Assembly: GCA_965203515.1 (NCBI GenBank)
Contig: OZ241907.1
Coordinates: 1,184,001-1,248,000, forward strand
DNA: 64,000 nucleotides
DNA from: Spirochaetia bacterium
GTDB taxonomy: Bacteria > Spirochaetota > Spirochaetia > SZUA-6 > Bin103
Reading direction: 5' to 3'
The notes under the pieces: model-generated
Told to the model about the DNA's origin: nothing
Databases searched by the model: none
Seen by the model: only the letters and a program-made list of their open reading frames with translations
Position numbers and translations under genes: made by a program
Shown: piece after piece, positions 36,843 to 46,913 of the stretch
Layout of the letters: each line of letters begins with the position of its first letter
Position numbering within the stretch: position 1 is the stretch's first letter

Positions 36843-37397
36843 TTAAATCGACAGGATCTCCTGCTCCTTGTGCTCCACCAGCTCGCCGACCTTGACGATC
36901 TGAGCGTCGGTCAGCTTCTGGATCTCGGCCGTCATGCGGCGCGCGTCGTCCTCGCCGGTCTCGCCGCCCTTCTGAGCCTTCTTGATCGCTTCGTTGGCGT
37001 CGCGCCGCGCACCGCGGATGGCGACCCGCGCCCGCTCTCCGGCGGCTCGGGCCAGCTTGGCGATCTCCTGCCGCCGCTCGGCGGTGAGCTGCGGGATGGC
37101 GATGCGGATCACCTTGCCGTCGTTGCCGGGGTTGAAGGAGAGGTCGGACTTGTGAATCGCGCGCTCGATCTCGCCGAGCAGCGTGAGGTCCCACGGCTGG
37201 ATCACGACCAGGCGCGCTTCCGGCACCGTGATCGTGGCGACCTGATTGAGCGGCATGTCCTGGTCGTAGTAGCGCACGGTTATGCGGTCGAACAGCGAGG
37301 CCGACGCCCGGCCGGTGCGGATGGTCCGGAACTCGGACTCCAGCGCCTGAATCGCCTTGGTCATGCGTCGCTTCGCGTCGGCGGTCGCGTCAGCCAT
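36843..37397 (-). CDS. frr: Ribosome recycling factor
   Basis: IRTGRAS, PLNQVA, IPQLTAERR, IQKLTD. Confidence 0.97.
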   Translation of the reverse strand: MADATADAKRRMTKAIQALESEFRTIRTGRASASLFDRITVRYYDQDMPLNQVATITVPEARLVVIQPWDLTLLGEIERAIHKSDLSFNPGNDGKVIRIAIPQLTAERRQEIAKLARAAGERARVAIRGARRDANEAIKKAQKGGETGEDDARRMTAEIQKLTDAQIVKVGELVEHKEQEILSI

Positions 37398-37437
37398 GTG
37401 CGTGTACTCCTCAATCCTGCTCGTCAGGCCGGTCTCG

Positions 37438-38277
37438 TCAGCCCTGCTCGCCGACCTTGAAGTATCGGAAGTCGGCGATGGTCACCGAATCGCCCAAGCG
37501 CTTCCCCAGCCCGGCGAGCACCTGCTTCACCTTCTGCTTCTCGTCCCGGACGAAGCCCTGCTCCAGCAGGCAGATCTCCGACAGGTGCTTGCTCAGCTTG
37601 CCGCGCACGATGCTCTCGGTCACCTTCGCCGGCTTGTCGAGCGCTTCCGCCTGCGTGCGGAAGATACGCTCCTGTTCGTCGCGGTAGGCGGCGTCGACAT
37701 CGCCCGGCTCCAGGAAGCGCGGCGCGAACGCCGCCACGTGCAGCGCCAGATCGTGGGCGGTCTGCCGGACCTGGTCGTCAACCTTCCCTCCGGTGCGCAC
37801 CTTGACCAGCACGCCGATCGATCCTTCGCCGTGCACGTACTCGGCGACGTGCTCTCCCGCCGCCGCGTCGACCGGCATCACCGCGCACCGCTTGAAGCCG
37901 ATGTTCTCGCGGATGCGGGTCGCCGCGTCGCCGATCGCCCGGCGCATGTGGTCGTCCGGCTCCTTGAGGTCATGCGCCAGGGTGTGGGCGGCCAGCGACC
38001 GACCCAGCTCCACGAACCGATCGTTGCGGGCGACGAAGTCGGTCTCGCTCGACAGTTCCAGCAGCGCGGCGCCGCCGTCCCGGACGACCGCGAACACGCG
38101 CCCCTGATCGGCCGCGCGGCCGACCCGCTTGGCCGCCGCCGCAAGACCCTGCTCCTTCAGCTTGCGCTCCGCCGCCTGCAGGTCGCCGTCGGCCTCCACC
38201 AACGCGGTCTTGCAGTCCATCATGCCGGCGCCGGTCATGGCGCGCAGTTCCTTGACCGCCGCGGCGCTGACGCTCAC
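37438..38277 (-). CDS. tsf: Elongation factor Ts
   Basis: [24 protein letters not shown]. Confidence 0.97.
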   Translation of the reverse strand: MSVSAAAVKELRAMTGAGMMDCKTALVEADGDLQAAERKLKEQGLAAAAKRVGRAADQGRVFAVVRDGGAALLELSSETDFVARNDRFVELGRSLAAHTLAHDLKEPDDHMRRAIGDAATRIRENIGFKRCAVMPVDAAAGEHVAEYVHGEGSIGVLVKVRTGGKVDDQVRQTAHDLALHVAAFAPRFLEPGDVDAAYRDEQERIFRTQAEALDKPAKVTESIVRGKLSKHLSEICLLEQGFVRDEKQKVKQVLAGLGKRLGDSVTIADFRYFKVGEQG

Positions 38278-39245
38278 AGGTCTTCGTAGAGCCGGTCTTC
38301 GTCGATGCCGGCGGTCTCTTCTTCGGTCGGCGGTTCGGCGGCCGTTTCGTCGCGCTCGTAGGCGGACGGATCGAAGTCGGAATAGTCCTGATCGGTGAAC
38401 CGTCCCGGCGCGCCGGCGTCATCCGCCTGCAGCGCCTCGCCCAGTGCGACCGTCTCCACGGCATCGACCTCCGGAGTGCGGCCGTCCGCCGCCTGCTCCG
38501 GATAGCCGGCGTACTCCTCGGACATCTCGTCGTCCTGCAGGTTCTCGATCACCTCCAGACCGACCTCGTTCTCCGCCTCGACCACGGCGTTGGCGATGAT
38601 CTGGGTGAACAGGTTGATGGCGCGGATCGCGTCGTCGTTGCCGGGTATCGGATAGGCGATGCCCTCCGGATTGCTGTTGGTGTCGACCACGGCGACGATC
38701 GGCACGCCGACGGCGCGCGCCTCGTCCACGGCGATCGACTCGTTGCGCGTGTCGATGATGAACACGACGCCGGGCAGCTCCTTCATCTCCTTGATGCCGC
38801 CGAGGTTGCGCTCCAGGCGCGCACGCTCCTTGAGCATCAGCGAGATCTCCTTCTTGGTGAGGTTGCGGAAGGTGCCGTCGACCTCCATCTTCTCGATCTT
38901 CTTGAGCTTCAGCAGCGATCGTTTGATGGTCGAGAAGTTGGTGAGCATGCCGCCCAGCCAGCGGTTGTTCACGTAGAACATCTGGCAGCGCTTGGCCTCG
39001 CGCTCGATCGATTGCTGCGCCTGTTTCTTGGTCCCCACGAACAGTACGGACTTGCCGTCCAGCACGACCTGGCGCACGACGTCGTAGGCGCTCTTGATGG
39101 CCGCGATCGTCTTCTGCAGGTCGATGATGTGGATGCCGTTGCGCTCGGCAAAGATGTATCTGCGCATCCTGGGGTCCCAGCGCTTGGTCTGATGACCGAA
39201 GTGCACGCCGGACTCCAGGAGGTTCTTCATCGTGACTACCGCCAC
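38274..39245 (-). CDS. rpsB: 30S ribosomal protein uS2 with long acidic C-terminal tail
   Basis: [30 protein letters not shown]. Confidence 0.98.
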   Translation of the reverse strand: MAVVTMKNLLESGVHFGHQTKRWDPRMRRYIFAERNGIHIIDLQKTIAAIKSAYDVVRQVVLDGKSVLFVGTKKQAQQSIEREAKRCQMFYVNNRWLGGMLTNFSTIKRSLLKLKKIEKMEVDGTFRNLTKKEISLMLKERARLERNLGGIKEMKELPGVVFIIDTRNESIAVDEARAVGVPIVAVVDTNSNPEGIAYPIPGNDDAIRAINLFTQIIANAVVEAENEVGLEVIENLQDDEMSEEYAGYPEQAADGRTPEVDAVETVALGEALQADDAGAPGRFTDQDYSDFDPSAYERDETAAEPPTEEETAGIDEDRLYEDL

Positions 39246-39898
39246 GTTGTCCCCCTTGGTTGGTTGCGGTTATGCGACGTATCGATTTCCCCAAGGATGC
39301 CATACAGCGCCTCCAATGGCAAGCCGACCACGTTGCTGCGCGAGCCCCGGATGCGATCGACCAGGCACGCCCCGCCTGCCTGCACGCGGTACCCGCCCGC
39401 CGCCCCGGACCACTCGCCGGTCCGCAGATACGCGCGCCGCTCCGCGCGGCTCAGCGCCCGCACCCGCACGACGCTCTCCGCGCTGGCCTCGCGGACCGAG
39501 CCGGTCTCGGCGTCGAGCAGGCAGACGCCGGTGATCACGCGGTGCTCGCGGCCCGCCAGCCGCCCCAGGAAGTCGTCCGCCTGCCGGACGTCGCGCGGCT
39601 TGCCCAGGATGGCGCCGTCGAGGTCGATGCAGGTATCGCAGCCCAGCACCAGCGGCCGCCGCGCCGGGGCGCGCGCCCACTCCGCAGGCGGCGGAACCGC
39701 CTGCAGGCGGCCGCCGACCGACAGCGCCTTGCCGCGCGCGAGCCGGCGGGCATAGGCGTGCGGCCGGGCGGAGTCGGCCGCCGACGGCGGCGCCTCGTCG
39801 ATCCCGCTCGGCAGGGCCACGAACGGCACGCCCTCCGACCGCAGCAGCTCGCGGCGGCCCGCCGAACCGGAGGCGAGCACGATCATGCGCGGCGGCAT
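39236..39898 (-). CDS. maf: Maf-family nucleoside triphosphate pyrophosphatase
   Basis: [33 protein letters not shown]. Confidence 0.9.
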   Translation of the reverse strand: MPPRMIVLASGSAGRRELLRSEGVPFVALPSGIDEAPPSAADSARPHAYARRLARGKALSVGGRLQAVPPPAEWARAPARRPLVLGCDTCIDLDGAILGKPRDVRQADDFLGRLAGREHRVITGVCLLDAETGSVREASAESVVRVRALSRAERRAYLRTGEWSGAAGGYRVQAGGACLVDRIRGSRSNVVGLPLEALYGILGEIDTSHNRNQPRGTTWR

Positions 39899-39927
39899 CG
39901 GCCGTGTACTATACTCGGCGCGTCGCC

Positions 39928-41019
39928 GTGCCCGGTTCCCGTTCCGCCTCGCCGATCCAGACGCGCAAGCAGCGCCATCTCGACGCATGCGTCGGCCCCG
40001 AGGAGGCGATTTCGAGCGCCGTCGCGGCCGGCTTCGATCTGGTCCGGTTCGAGCACGAAGCGTTGCCGGAGCTCGACCTGGACGAGGTCGATACCACCAC
40101 CGGCTTCCTGGGGACCGAGCTGGCGCTGCCGCTGATGATCTCCTGCATGACCGGCGGCACGCACCAGGGCCGCCGCGCCAACCGCGAGCTGGCCGCCGCC
40201 GCGCAGGCGTGCGGGGTCGCGGTCGGCCTGGGCTCGATGCGCGTGGGCCTGGAGAACCCCGAGGTGCTCGACCACTTCGCGGTCAAGGCGGAGGCCCCGG
40301 ACGTGCCGGTGGTCGCCAATCTGGCCGCCGCGCAGCTCCGCGGCATCGACCACGATCGGGTCATCGAAGCGCTGCACCGCCTGCGCGTGCAGGCGATCGC
40401 GCTCCACCTGAATCCCGGCCAGGAGCTGTTTCAGCCCCGCGGCGATCGCGGCTTCCGCGGTCTGGAGGCGGCGATCGCGGCGTTCGCCGAGCGCTGTCCG
40501 CTGCCAGTGATCGTCAAGGAGACCGGCTTCGGCATCTCGGTCTCCACGGCCTTGCGGCTGGTCGACGCCGGCGCCGACTACGTCGACGTCGCCGGCGCCG
40601 GCGGCACCAACTGGGTCCTGGTGGAGGCGCAGCGGCTCGACGGCGACGCCGCCGCAGCGGCGCGCGAGCTGGCCGACTGGGGCAACCCCACCGCCGCCGT
40701 GTTGGCCGCCATGCGCGGCGAGCCGCGGCTGGCCGGATCGATCATCGCCTCCGGCGGCCTGCGCCGCGGCCAGGACCTGGCCAAGGCGATCGCGCTGGGC
40801 GCCGAGATCGGCGCGATCGCCCTGCCATTCATCAAGGACGTCGTCGCCGGCGGCGCCGGCCGGGTCGCGCAGCGCATCCGGCTGCTCGGCCGGGTGCTGC
40901 GCGCGGTGATGCTGCTGACCCGATCGCCGACCGTGGAGGACCTGCGGCGCGCGCGGCTGAGCGTCGATCCGGCGCTCGCCGCGGACCGCGCGGCGCTTCC
41001 CGCGCGGCGGGTCCCGTGA
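39928..41019 (+). CDS. fni: Type 2 isopentenyl-diphosphate delta-isomerase (FMN-dependent)
   Basis: RKQRHL, HEALPE, MTGG, GLGSMR, HLNPGQE, KETGFG, GAGGTNW, ASGG. Confidence 0.93.
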   Translation: MPGSRSASPIQTRKQRHLDACVGPEEAISSAVAAGFDLVRFEHEALPELDLDEVDTTTGFLGTELALPLMISCMTGGTHQGRRANRELAAAAQACGVAVGLGSMRVGLENPEVLDHFAVKAEAPDVPVVANLAAAQLRGIDHDRVIEALHRLRVQAIALHLNPGQELFQPRGDRGFRGLEAAIAAFAERCPLPVIVKETGFGISVSTALRLVDAGADYVDVAGAGGTNWVLVEAQRLDGDAAAAARELADWGNPTAAVLAAMRGEPRLAGSIIASGGLRRGQDLAKAIALGAEIGAIALPFIKDVVAGGAGRVAQRIRLLGRVLRAVMLLTRSPTVEDLRRARLSVDPALAADRAALPARRVP

Positions 41020-42302
41020 CCGGTTCCGGCATGACCGGCTCCGGCGCGGCCGGCGAAGCGTTCGCCGGCCACCTGCGCGCCGTCGAGCGCTGGGAGCCGA
41101 CCGTGCGGGCGCTGGTCGGCTGGGATGGCGCGGCGGCGCGGCGGCGGGCGGAGTCGGCCGGCCGCGGGCCGCTGGCCGGCTGGGCGATCGGCGTCAAGGA
41201 CATCCTCGACCTAGCCGGCGAGCCGACGCGCTGCGGCGTCGACTTCCTGCCGCCCGAGCCCAAGGCGGCGTCCGCCCGCATCGTCGCGCGGCTCACCGAG
41301 CTGGGCGCGTACGCGCTTGCCAAGACGGTCACCACCAGCTTTGCCTATCTCGACCCGGGGCCTGCGCGCAATCCGTGGAACCCCGCGCACACGCCGGGCG
41401 GCTCGTCGATGGGCTCCGCGGCGGCGGTGGCGACCGGCATGGTGCGCGCCGCGATCGGCACGCAGACGGTCGGATCGGTATGCCGGCCGGCGTCGTTCTG
41501 CGGAGTGGTCGGCTTCAAGCCGTCCTACGGCGCCGTGTCCACGGCGGGCTGCTTCGCGCTGGTCCCCACCTTCGACACCATCGGCTTCTTCACCCGCACG
41601 GTCGACGACATGGCCGCGCTCTGGCGCGCCGTGCGGCCGCGCCAGGCGTCCGCGGCGGCGCCCGCCGAACGGCCGCCGGTGGCCGGCATCGTCGAAGACC
41701 TCCGGTGCGGGCCGTTCGACGCGCAGATGACGGCCGCGCTCCGCTGGGCGCGCGACCGCCTCGACGAACGCGGCATCCGCACCGAGACGGTGACCCTGCC
41801 GGCCGAGCTCGGCGCGGTCTACCGCGACAACCGGACGATCTTCGAGGTGGAGGCGGCCCGGTCGCACGCCGCGCTCTGGGAGCGCTACCGCGGCGCCTAC
41901 CCGCCCAAGCTGCGGGCGGTGCTGGAGGCGGCCGACGGCCGCTCGCAGGAACGCTATGCGGCCGCCTGCGCGGCGCGCGCCGATGCGCAGGAGCGCTTCG
42001 CGGCGCTGTTCGGCGACATCGACGTGGTGCTGGCGCCGGCGGCGCCCGGCGCGGCGCCGCGCGACCTGACGATCACCGGCGATCCGCGCGCCAACCTGCT
42101 GTTCACCCACGTGCGCGCGCCGGTGGTGTCGCTGCCGGCGCGGCTCGACGACGACGGGTTGCCGCTCGGCCTGCAGTGCGCGGCGCCGGCGGGGGCGGAC
42201 GCGGCGGTGCTGGCGGCGGCGCGCTCGATCGCCGGCGCGCTCGGCTTCGACGCGCTGCCGCCGGAGCCGGCCGCGCACGGAGGAAACGAGCGATGCGACT
42301 GA
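41016..42302 (+). CDS. Amidase signature family protein
   Basis: GVKD, TPGGSSMGSAAAVA, GTQTVGSVCRPASFCG; GTGA coupling to fni. Confidence 0.9.
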   Translation: MTGSGMTGSGAAGEAFAGHLRAVERWEPTVRALVGWDGAAARRRAESAGRGPLAGWAIGVKDILDLAGEPTRCGVDFLPPEPKAASARIVARLTELGAYALAKTVTTSFAYLDPGPARNPWNPAHTPGGSSMGSAAAVATGMVRAAIGTQTVGSVCRPASFCGVVGFKPSYGAVSTAGCFALVPTFDTIGFFTRTVDDMAALWRAVRPRQASAAAPAERPPVAGIVEDLRCGPFDAQMTAALRWARDRLDERGIRTETVTLPAELGAVYRDNRTIFEVEAARSHAALWERYRGAYPPKLRAVLEAADGRSQERYAAACAARADAQERFAALFGDIDVVLAPAAPGAAPRDLTITGDPRANLLFTHVRAPVVSLPARLDDDGLPLGLQCAAPAGADAAVLAAARSIAGALGFDALPPEPAAHGGNERCD

Positions 42303-43867
42303 CCGGCGTCAACACCACCGACCCGATCGACGCCATCCGCCTGGGCTGCCGGATGATGGGCAGCGTCTTCAACGCCGACGACGGCGACATCCCCTTCTTC
42401 GGCTCCGAGGCACGCCCCAACCCGCGGTTGCGGTTCAGCGGCGTCCATGACGAGGCGCACGTGCCCGGCCGCCATCTCAACGCGCTGCTCAACGCCGAGG
42501 ACGCGGCCGGCGTCGCCGTGCCGGCCGGCGTGATCGACAGGCACGCCAACGCCGCGTTCTTCTCGTACGGCGGGGCGGTCGCGCTGCCGCTGAACCGCAC
42601 GGAGATCGGCGGCCCGCTCGACAACTTCACCACCCACAACGTGCGCGAAGGCTTCCACGCCCTGTACGCGCTGGTGAAGTATCGGGACTCCGACCGCGCC
42701 CGCGAGCTCGCCGAGCGGAGCATCCGCGAACTGTTCGAGCTGTTCAGCCCGCGCTCCGGCTGGGACTTCGACCGCCTGCGCAACCGCTGCCGGCTGGCGG
42801 TGCGCGACGAGACCTTCATCACCGGCACCTTCATCACCGGTATCGCCCGCGCGATCGGACCGCTGGTCAAGTACTTCCGCGCGTCCGGCCACGGGCCGGC
42901 GCTGGAGCTGGCGGCCGTACTCGCGGACAAGACGACCGGCGAGTTCTTCCTGGAATCGGGGGCCTACGACCGCGAGCGCTTCGGCTACCACACCCATTCG
43001 ACCACCTGCGTCATGTCATCGCTGGCGCAGCTCGCCGATCTGCTCGACGACTCGCGGCTGCTCGCGCGGGTCAAGGCGTTCTACGACGGCGGCCTCCGCG
43101 AGATCCGCGACGAGATCGGCTGGGTCATCGAATCGAGCCGGGACGCCGCGGTCCCGGACCGGGGCGAGATCAACAACACCGGCGACGTCGTGGAGACCGC
43201 CCTGATCCTGGGGCGGCGGGGCTACCCCGAGTACTTCGAGGACGCCGAGCGCATCACGCGCTGCCACCTGCTGCCGTCGCAACTCCGCGACAACCGCTTC
43301 ATCGAGGACCCGCCCAACCCGGACGGCGTCGACGGGCTGCGCCGCGTCGCCGACCGCCACCTGGGCGCCTTCGGGTTTCCGGCGCCGTACGGGCACGCGC
43401 CGCTCGATTCCGACCGCATCAGCTTCAACACCGACATCGTCGGCGGCGGCGTCGGCTCGCTGTGCGAGGTGGTCCGCGAAGCGGTCCGCAGCGAACGGGG
43501 ATGCCATCGGGTGAACCTGCTGTTCGATCGGGAGACCGGCTGCGTCACGGTCGAATCGCCCTATACGCACGACCGCCTGCGCGTCACGGTCAAGGTCCCC
43601 GGCCCCCTGTACGTGCGCATGCCGTCATGGGTCGACCGGCGGCAGGTCGCCGTCGAGCCCGGCGGCGTGCGCCGCACCTGGACCGGCGCCCATCTGCTGA
43701 TCGCCGAACCGCCGGTCGGCGTCCCGATCGATATCCGCTTCCCGCTCGCCGAGCGGGAGATCGTGCTGCGCCATCGCACGCGCGACATCCGCGTGCGGCT
43801 CGCCGGCGACGCGGTGGCGGCGATGGAGAACCACGGCGCCGATCTGACCTACTTCGATCCCCTGTAG
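42293..43867 (+). CDS. Hypothetical protein, distantly GH127-like ((alpha/alpha)6 barrel plus beta-sandwich)
   Basis: ATG 42293 with GGAGG RBS; C-terminal RVNLLF...LYVRMPSW...IRFPL pattern typical of GH127-like beta domains; no ETC/CC motifs. Confidence 0.55.
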   Translation: MRLTGVNTTDPIDAIRLGCRMMGSVFNADDGDIPFFGSEARPNPRLRFSGVHDEAHVPGRHLNALLNAEDAAGVAVPAGVIDRHANAAFFSYGGAVALPLNRTEIGGPLDNFTTHNVREGFHALYALVKYRDSDRARELAERSIRELFELFSPRSGWDFDRLRNRCRLAVRDETFITGTFITGIARAIGPLVKYFRASGHGPALELAAVLADKTTGEFFLESGAYDRERFGYHTHSTTCVMSSLAQLADLLDDSRLLARVKAFYDGGLREIRDEIGWVIESSRDAAVPDRGEINNTGDVVETALILGRRGYPEYFEDAERITRCHLLPSQLRDNRFIEDPPNPDGVDGLRRVADRHLGAFGFPAPYGHAPLDSDRISFNTDIVGGGVGSLCEVVREAVRSERGCHRVNLLFDRETGCVTVESPYTHDRLRVTVKVPGPLYVRMPSWVDRRQVAVEPGGVRRTWTGAHLLIAEPPVGVPIDIRFPLAEREIVLRHRTRDIRVRLAGDAVAAMENHGADLTYFDPL

Positions 43868-44724
43868 CCCGGCTCGCCGGCAGCGCCCGCCAAGCGCCGC
43901 AGCTCGGCGATCTCCTCCGCCCACCGCTCCGGCTCGGGCGTCTCCAGGATCAGCGGCATCTCCTCGAAACGGGGATCCTGCACGATCCACGCGAACGGCT
44001 CGCGGCCGATCAGGCCGGCGCCGATCGGGGCATGCCGGTCGACGTGACTGCCCAGGCCGCCCTTGGAGTCGTTGAGGTGCCAGCCGCGCAGATAGCGGAG
44101 GCCCACGACCGCATCGAACTCGGCGAGCATCCGTTCGTAGCCGGCTCGCGTGCGCAGGTCGTAGCCGGCCGCGAACAGGTGGCAGGTGTCGAGGCAGACG
44201 CCGGCGCGCTCCCGGTCGGCGAACCGCTCGAGCAGCGCGGCCAGGTCCTCGAAGGTGTCGCCGACGTTGGTCCCCTGCCCCGCCGTGGACTCCACCACCG
44301 CCTCCACCCCCTCGGTCCGCGCCAGCGTCTCGTTGACGTAGCGGGCGATCTGGTCGATGCAGCGCTCCTTCGACAGGCCCCGCTTCGGGGCGCCGGGATG
44401 GAAGTTGAGGTAGCGGAGCCCCAGCGCCTGACAGCGCCGCATCTCGTCCAGGAACGCGGCCCGCGACTTCTCCACCACCGCCGGGTCGGAGCTGCCCAGA
44501 TTGATCAGATAGCTGTCGTGCGGCAGGACGTGGCGCGGCGCGAACCCGTGCTCGCGGCAGGCGTCGCGGAAGGCGGCGGCCTCCGGTTCGGACAGCGGGC
44601 GCTGGTTCCACATGCGCGGATTGCGCGTGAACATGCCGATGGCGGTGGCGCCGATCTCCACGGCGTTGGTCACGGCGTTCCGCACGCCGCCGGCGATCGA
44701 CACGGTCGCGCCGATCCGCTTCAC
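43849..44724 (-). CDS. nfo: Endonuclease IV (AP endonuclease)
   Basis: PHDSYLINL, NFHPG, ESTAGQG, VCLDTCHLFAAGYD, HLNDSK, DRHA, ILETP. Confidence 0.95.
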   Translation of the reverse strand: MKRIGATVSIAGGVRNAVTNAVEIGATAIGMFTRNPRMWNQRPLSEPEAAAFRDACREHGFAPRHVLPHDSYLINLGSSDPAVVEKSRAAFLDEMRRCQALGLRYLNFHPGAPKRGLSKERCIDQIARYVNETLARTEGVEAVVESTAGQGTNVGDTFEDLAALLERFADRERAGVCLDTCHLFAAGYDLRTRAGYERMLAEFDAVVGLRYLRGWHLNDSKGGLGSHVDRHAPIGAGLIGREPFAWIVQDPRFEEMPLILETPEPERWAEEIAELRRLAGAAGEPGYRGSK

Positions 44725-44796
44725 CGCGCGGACCGTTGCGGACGCTTCATGCTCGGCATTACGCTGCTGCCCGGCACTACCCTGCCCGCGTCACCG

Positions 44797-45135
44797 ATGG
44801 ATGTCCAGGAACTCGCCTCCTATCAACGCCGATCGCGCGCCACCTGGCGGCTGGTGCGGACCGATCATCCGATCGTCTACCCCACGCTGGGGCTGGCCAA
44901 TGAGGCCGGCGAGGTGGCCGGCAAGATCAAGAAGCTGTTCCGGGACAAGGGCGGCCGCATCGCCGACGCCGACCGCGCGGCGTTGAAGATGGAGCTGGGC
45001 GACGTGCTCTGGTACCTGGCGCAGATATGTACCGAGCTCGGCCTCGATCTGGGCGAGGTGGCCGCCGCCAATCTCGAAAAGCTCGGCTCGCGCAAGGAGC
45101 GCGGCACGATCGGCGGCGACGGCGATGAGCGCTGA
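44797..45135 (+). CDS. MazG-like nucleoside triphosphate pyrophosphohydrolase
   Basis: LGLANEAGEVAGKIKK, ELGDVLWY, NLEKLGSRKERG. Confidence 0.9.
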   Translation: MDVQELASYQRRSRATWRLVRTDHPIVYPTLGLANEAGEVAGKIKKLFRDKGGRIADADRAALKMELGDVLWYLAQICTELGLDLGEVAAANLEKLGSRKERGTIGGDGDER

Positions 45136-45909
45136 GACGGCGGCCGCCGCGGCGGAACGGGCTCGCCGCGCCGCCGCGGCGCGCTTCTTCCGGGCCGCCG
45201 AGCGGGGCGAACTTTCCACCCTGCGCGCGCTGGCGGCCGAACGGCCCGAGTTGGTGCGGCTCGACCGCGCCGAGGACGACGAGCACACGGCGCTCCACTA
45301 TGCGGTGCTCAACCGGGACGCGGCCTGCACGCGCTTCCTGCTGGAGGCCGGAGCCGACCCGCACAAGGGGATCTACCCGCACCGCGAGGCCACGTCGCCG
45401 CTGACCCTGGCCGAGGAGCGCGGCTTCGAAGACATCGCCGCGCTGATCCGCGACGTGCTGGCGCGGCGGGCCGTCCGCGCCGGCGCCGATCCGCAGCGCG
45501 GCGACGAGCTGTTCGACCTGGTCCGCGGCGGCGACCTCGACGGCGTCAGGCGGCTGCTCGACTGCGCGGTGCTGTCGTTCGGGTGGACGCAGCGCGATCG
45601 GGCCGGCTCGACGTGGGGACGGCAGGTGATCACGGAGGACGAGCGCGGCGCGTTCGCGGCGCTGCTGCTGGACGCCGGAGCCGACCTGACGCGGCGCGAC
45701 CCGCTGCTGCGCTCCACGCCGCTCGGCTGGGCCTGCCGGTGGGGCCGATACGAGCTGGCCCGGCTGCTGATCGAGCGATCGAGCGCGGCGCGGCGGCCGA
45801 CGAACCGGACGCCGCGCCGTGGGCGGCGCCGCTGGCATGGGCGGCCAAGATGGGCCACGACCGGCTGGCCGCGCTCCTGCGCCGGCACGGTGCGCAACGA
45901 TCGGGATGA
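45125..45909 (+). pseudogene. Ankyrin-repeat protein gene frameshifted by an 8-bp tandem duplication
   Basis: TALHYAV, SPLTLA, STPLGWA in the first frame. ATCGAGCG is duplicated at 45770-45785. The last repeat (ERGA..PWAAPLAWA..GH..LLRRHGA) is in another frame whose TGA overlaps the next ATG. Confidence 0.8.
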
Positions 45910-46913
45910 GCGATCGCCGGTCCGGCATCGGGACATTCAAGGGATACGTCATCCGCAGGCTGGCGCTATCGGTCGTCACCGTAGTGGTCGCCAGCTTCCT
46001 GGTGTTCACGTTGATGCGCTTGACGCCGGGCACGATCGTCGACGCCATGGTCGCCCAGTACATGGGGATGAGCCCCGACCGGATCGACATCAACGCGGCG
46101 CGCGTCGAGATCGAGCGTTCATTGGGGCTCGACCGCCCGTTCCTGGCGCAATACGGGAGCTGGATGACCGGCATAATCCTGCGCGGCGATCTCGGCGAGT
46201 CGCTGTGGAGGCGTACGCCCGTGATCGAGGAAATCGCCGCGCGCTGGCCGGTCACGGCCCAGCTCGGTCTGCTCGCGTTCATCATCAGCCAGCTGCTGGC
46301 CCTGCCGATCGGCATCTACTCGGCGGTGCGGCAGGATTCGCCCGGCGACTACCTCGGCCGCAGCTTCGCCATCTTCGCGCTCGCCGTGCCGGGCTTCTGG
46401 GTAGGAACGCTGGTGATCGTCTATCCGTCGATCTGGTGGGGGTATGCGCCGCCGTTCACGTACCTTCGATTCGTCGAGGATCCGATCGGCAACCTGAAGA
46501 TACTGTTCATTCCCGCGGTCGTGCTGGGCATGGGGATGGCGGGCGGGACCATGCGCATCGCGCGCACCATGATGCTGGAGGTGCTGCGCCAGGACTACCT
46601 GCGGACCGCCTGGGCGAAGGGTCTCAGGGAACGGATCATCATCGTTCGCCATGCGCTGAAGAACGCGCTGATCCCGGTCGTGACGTCGGCCGGCCCTCAG
46701 ATCCTGCTCATGGTCGGCGGCTCGGTCATCGTGGAACAGATATTCAACCTGCCGGGGATGGGCCGCCTGACGCTGCAGGCGATCCAGACCCGCGACTACA
46801 CGGTGGTGAGCGGCGTGCTGCTGATCTTTGCGGTGGCGATCGTGTCGGTCAACCTGTTGATCGACCTGAGCTACGGCTATCTGGATCCCAGGGTCCGGCG
46901 CGAACGGCGGTGA
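45906..46913 (+). CDS. Peptide/nickel ABC transporter permease (DppB-like)
   Basis: YVIRRL, GDLGESL, DYLRTAWAKGL, HALKNALIP, EQIFNLPGMG. Confidence 0.93.
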   Translation: MSDRRSGIGTFKGYVIRRLALSVVTVVVASFLVFTLMRLTPGTIVDAMVAQYMGMSPDRIDINAARVEIERSLGLDRPFLAQYGSWMTGIILRGDLGESLWRRTPVIEEIAARWPVTAQLGLLAFIISQLLALPIGIYSAVRQDSPGDYLGRSFAIFALAVPGFWVGTLVIVYPSIWWGYAPPFTYLRFVEDPIGNLKILFIPAVVLGMGMAGGTMRIARTMMLEVLRQDYLRTAWAKGLRERIIIVRHALKNALIPVVTSAGPQILLMVGGSVIVEQIFNLPGMGRLTLQAIQTRDYTVVSGVLLIFAVAIVSVNLLIDLSYGYLDPRVRRERR

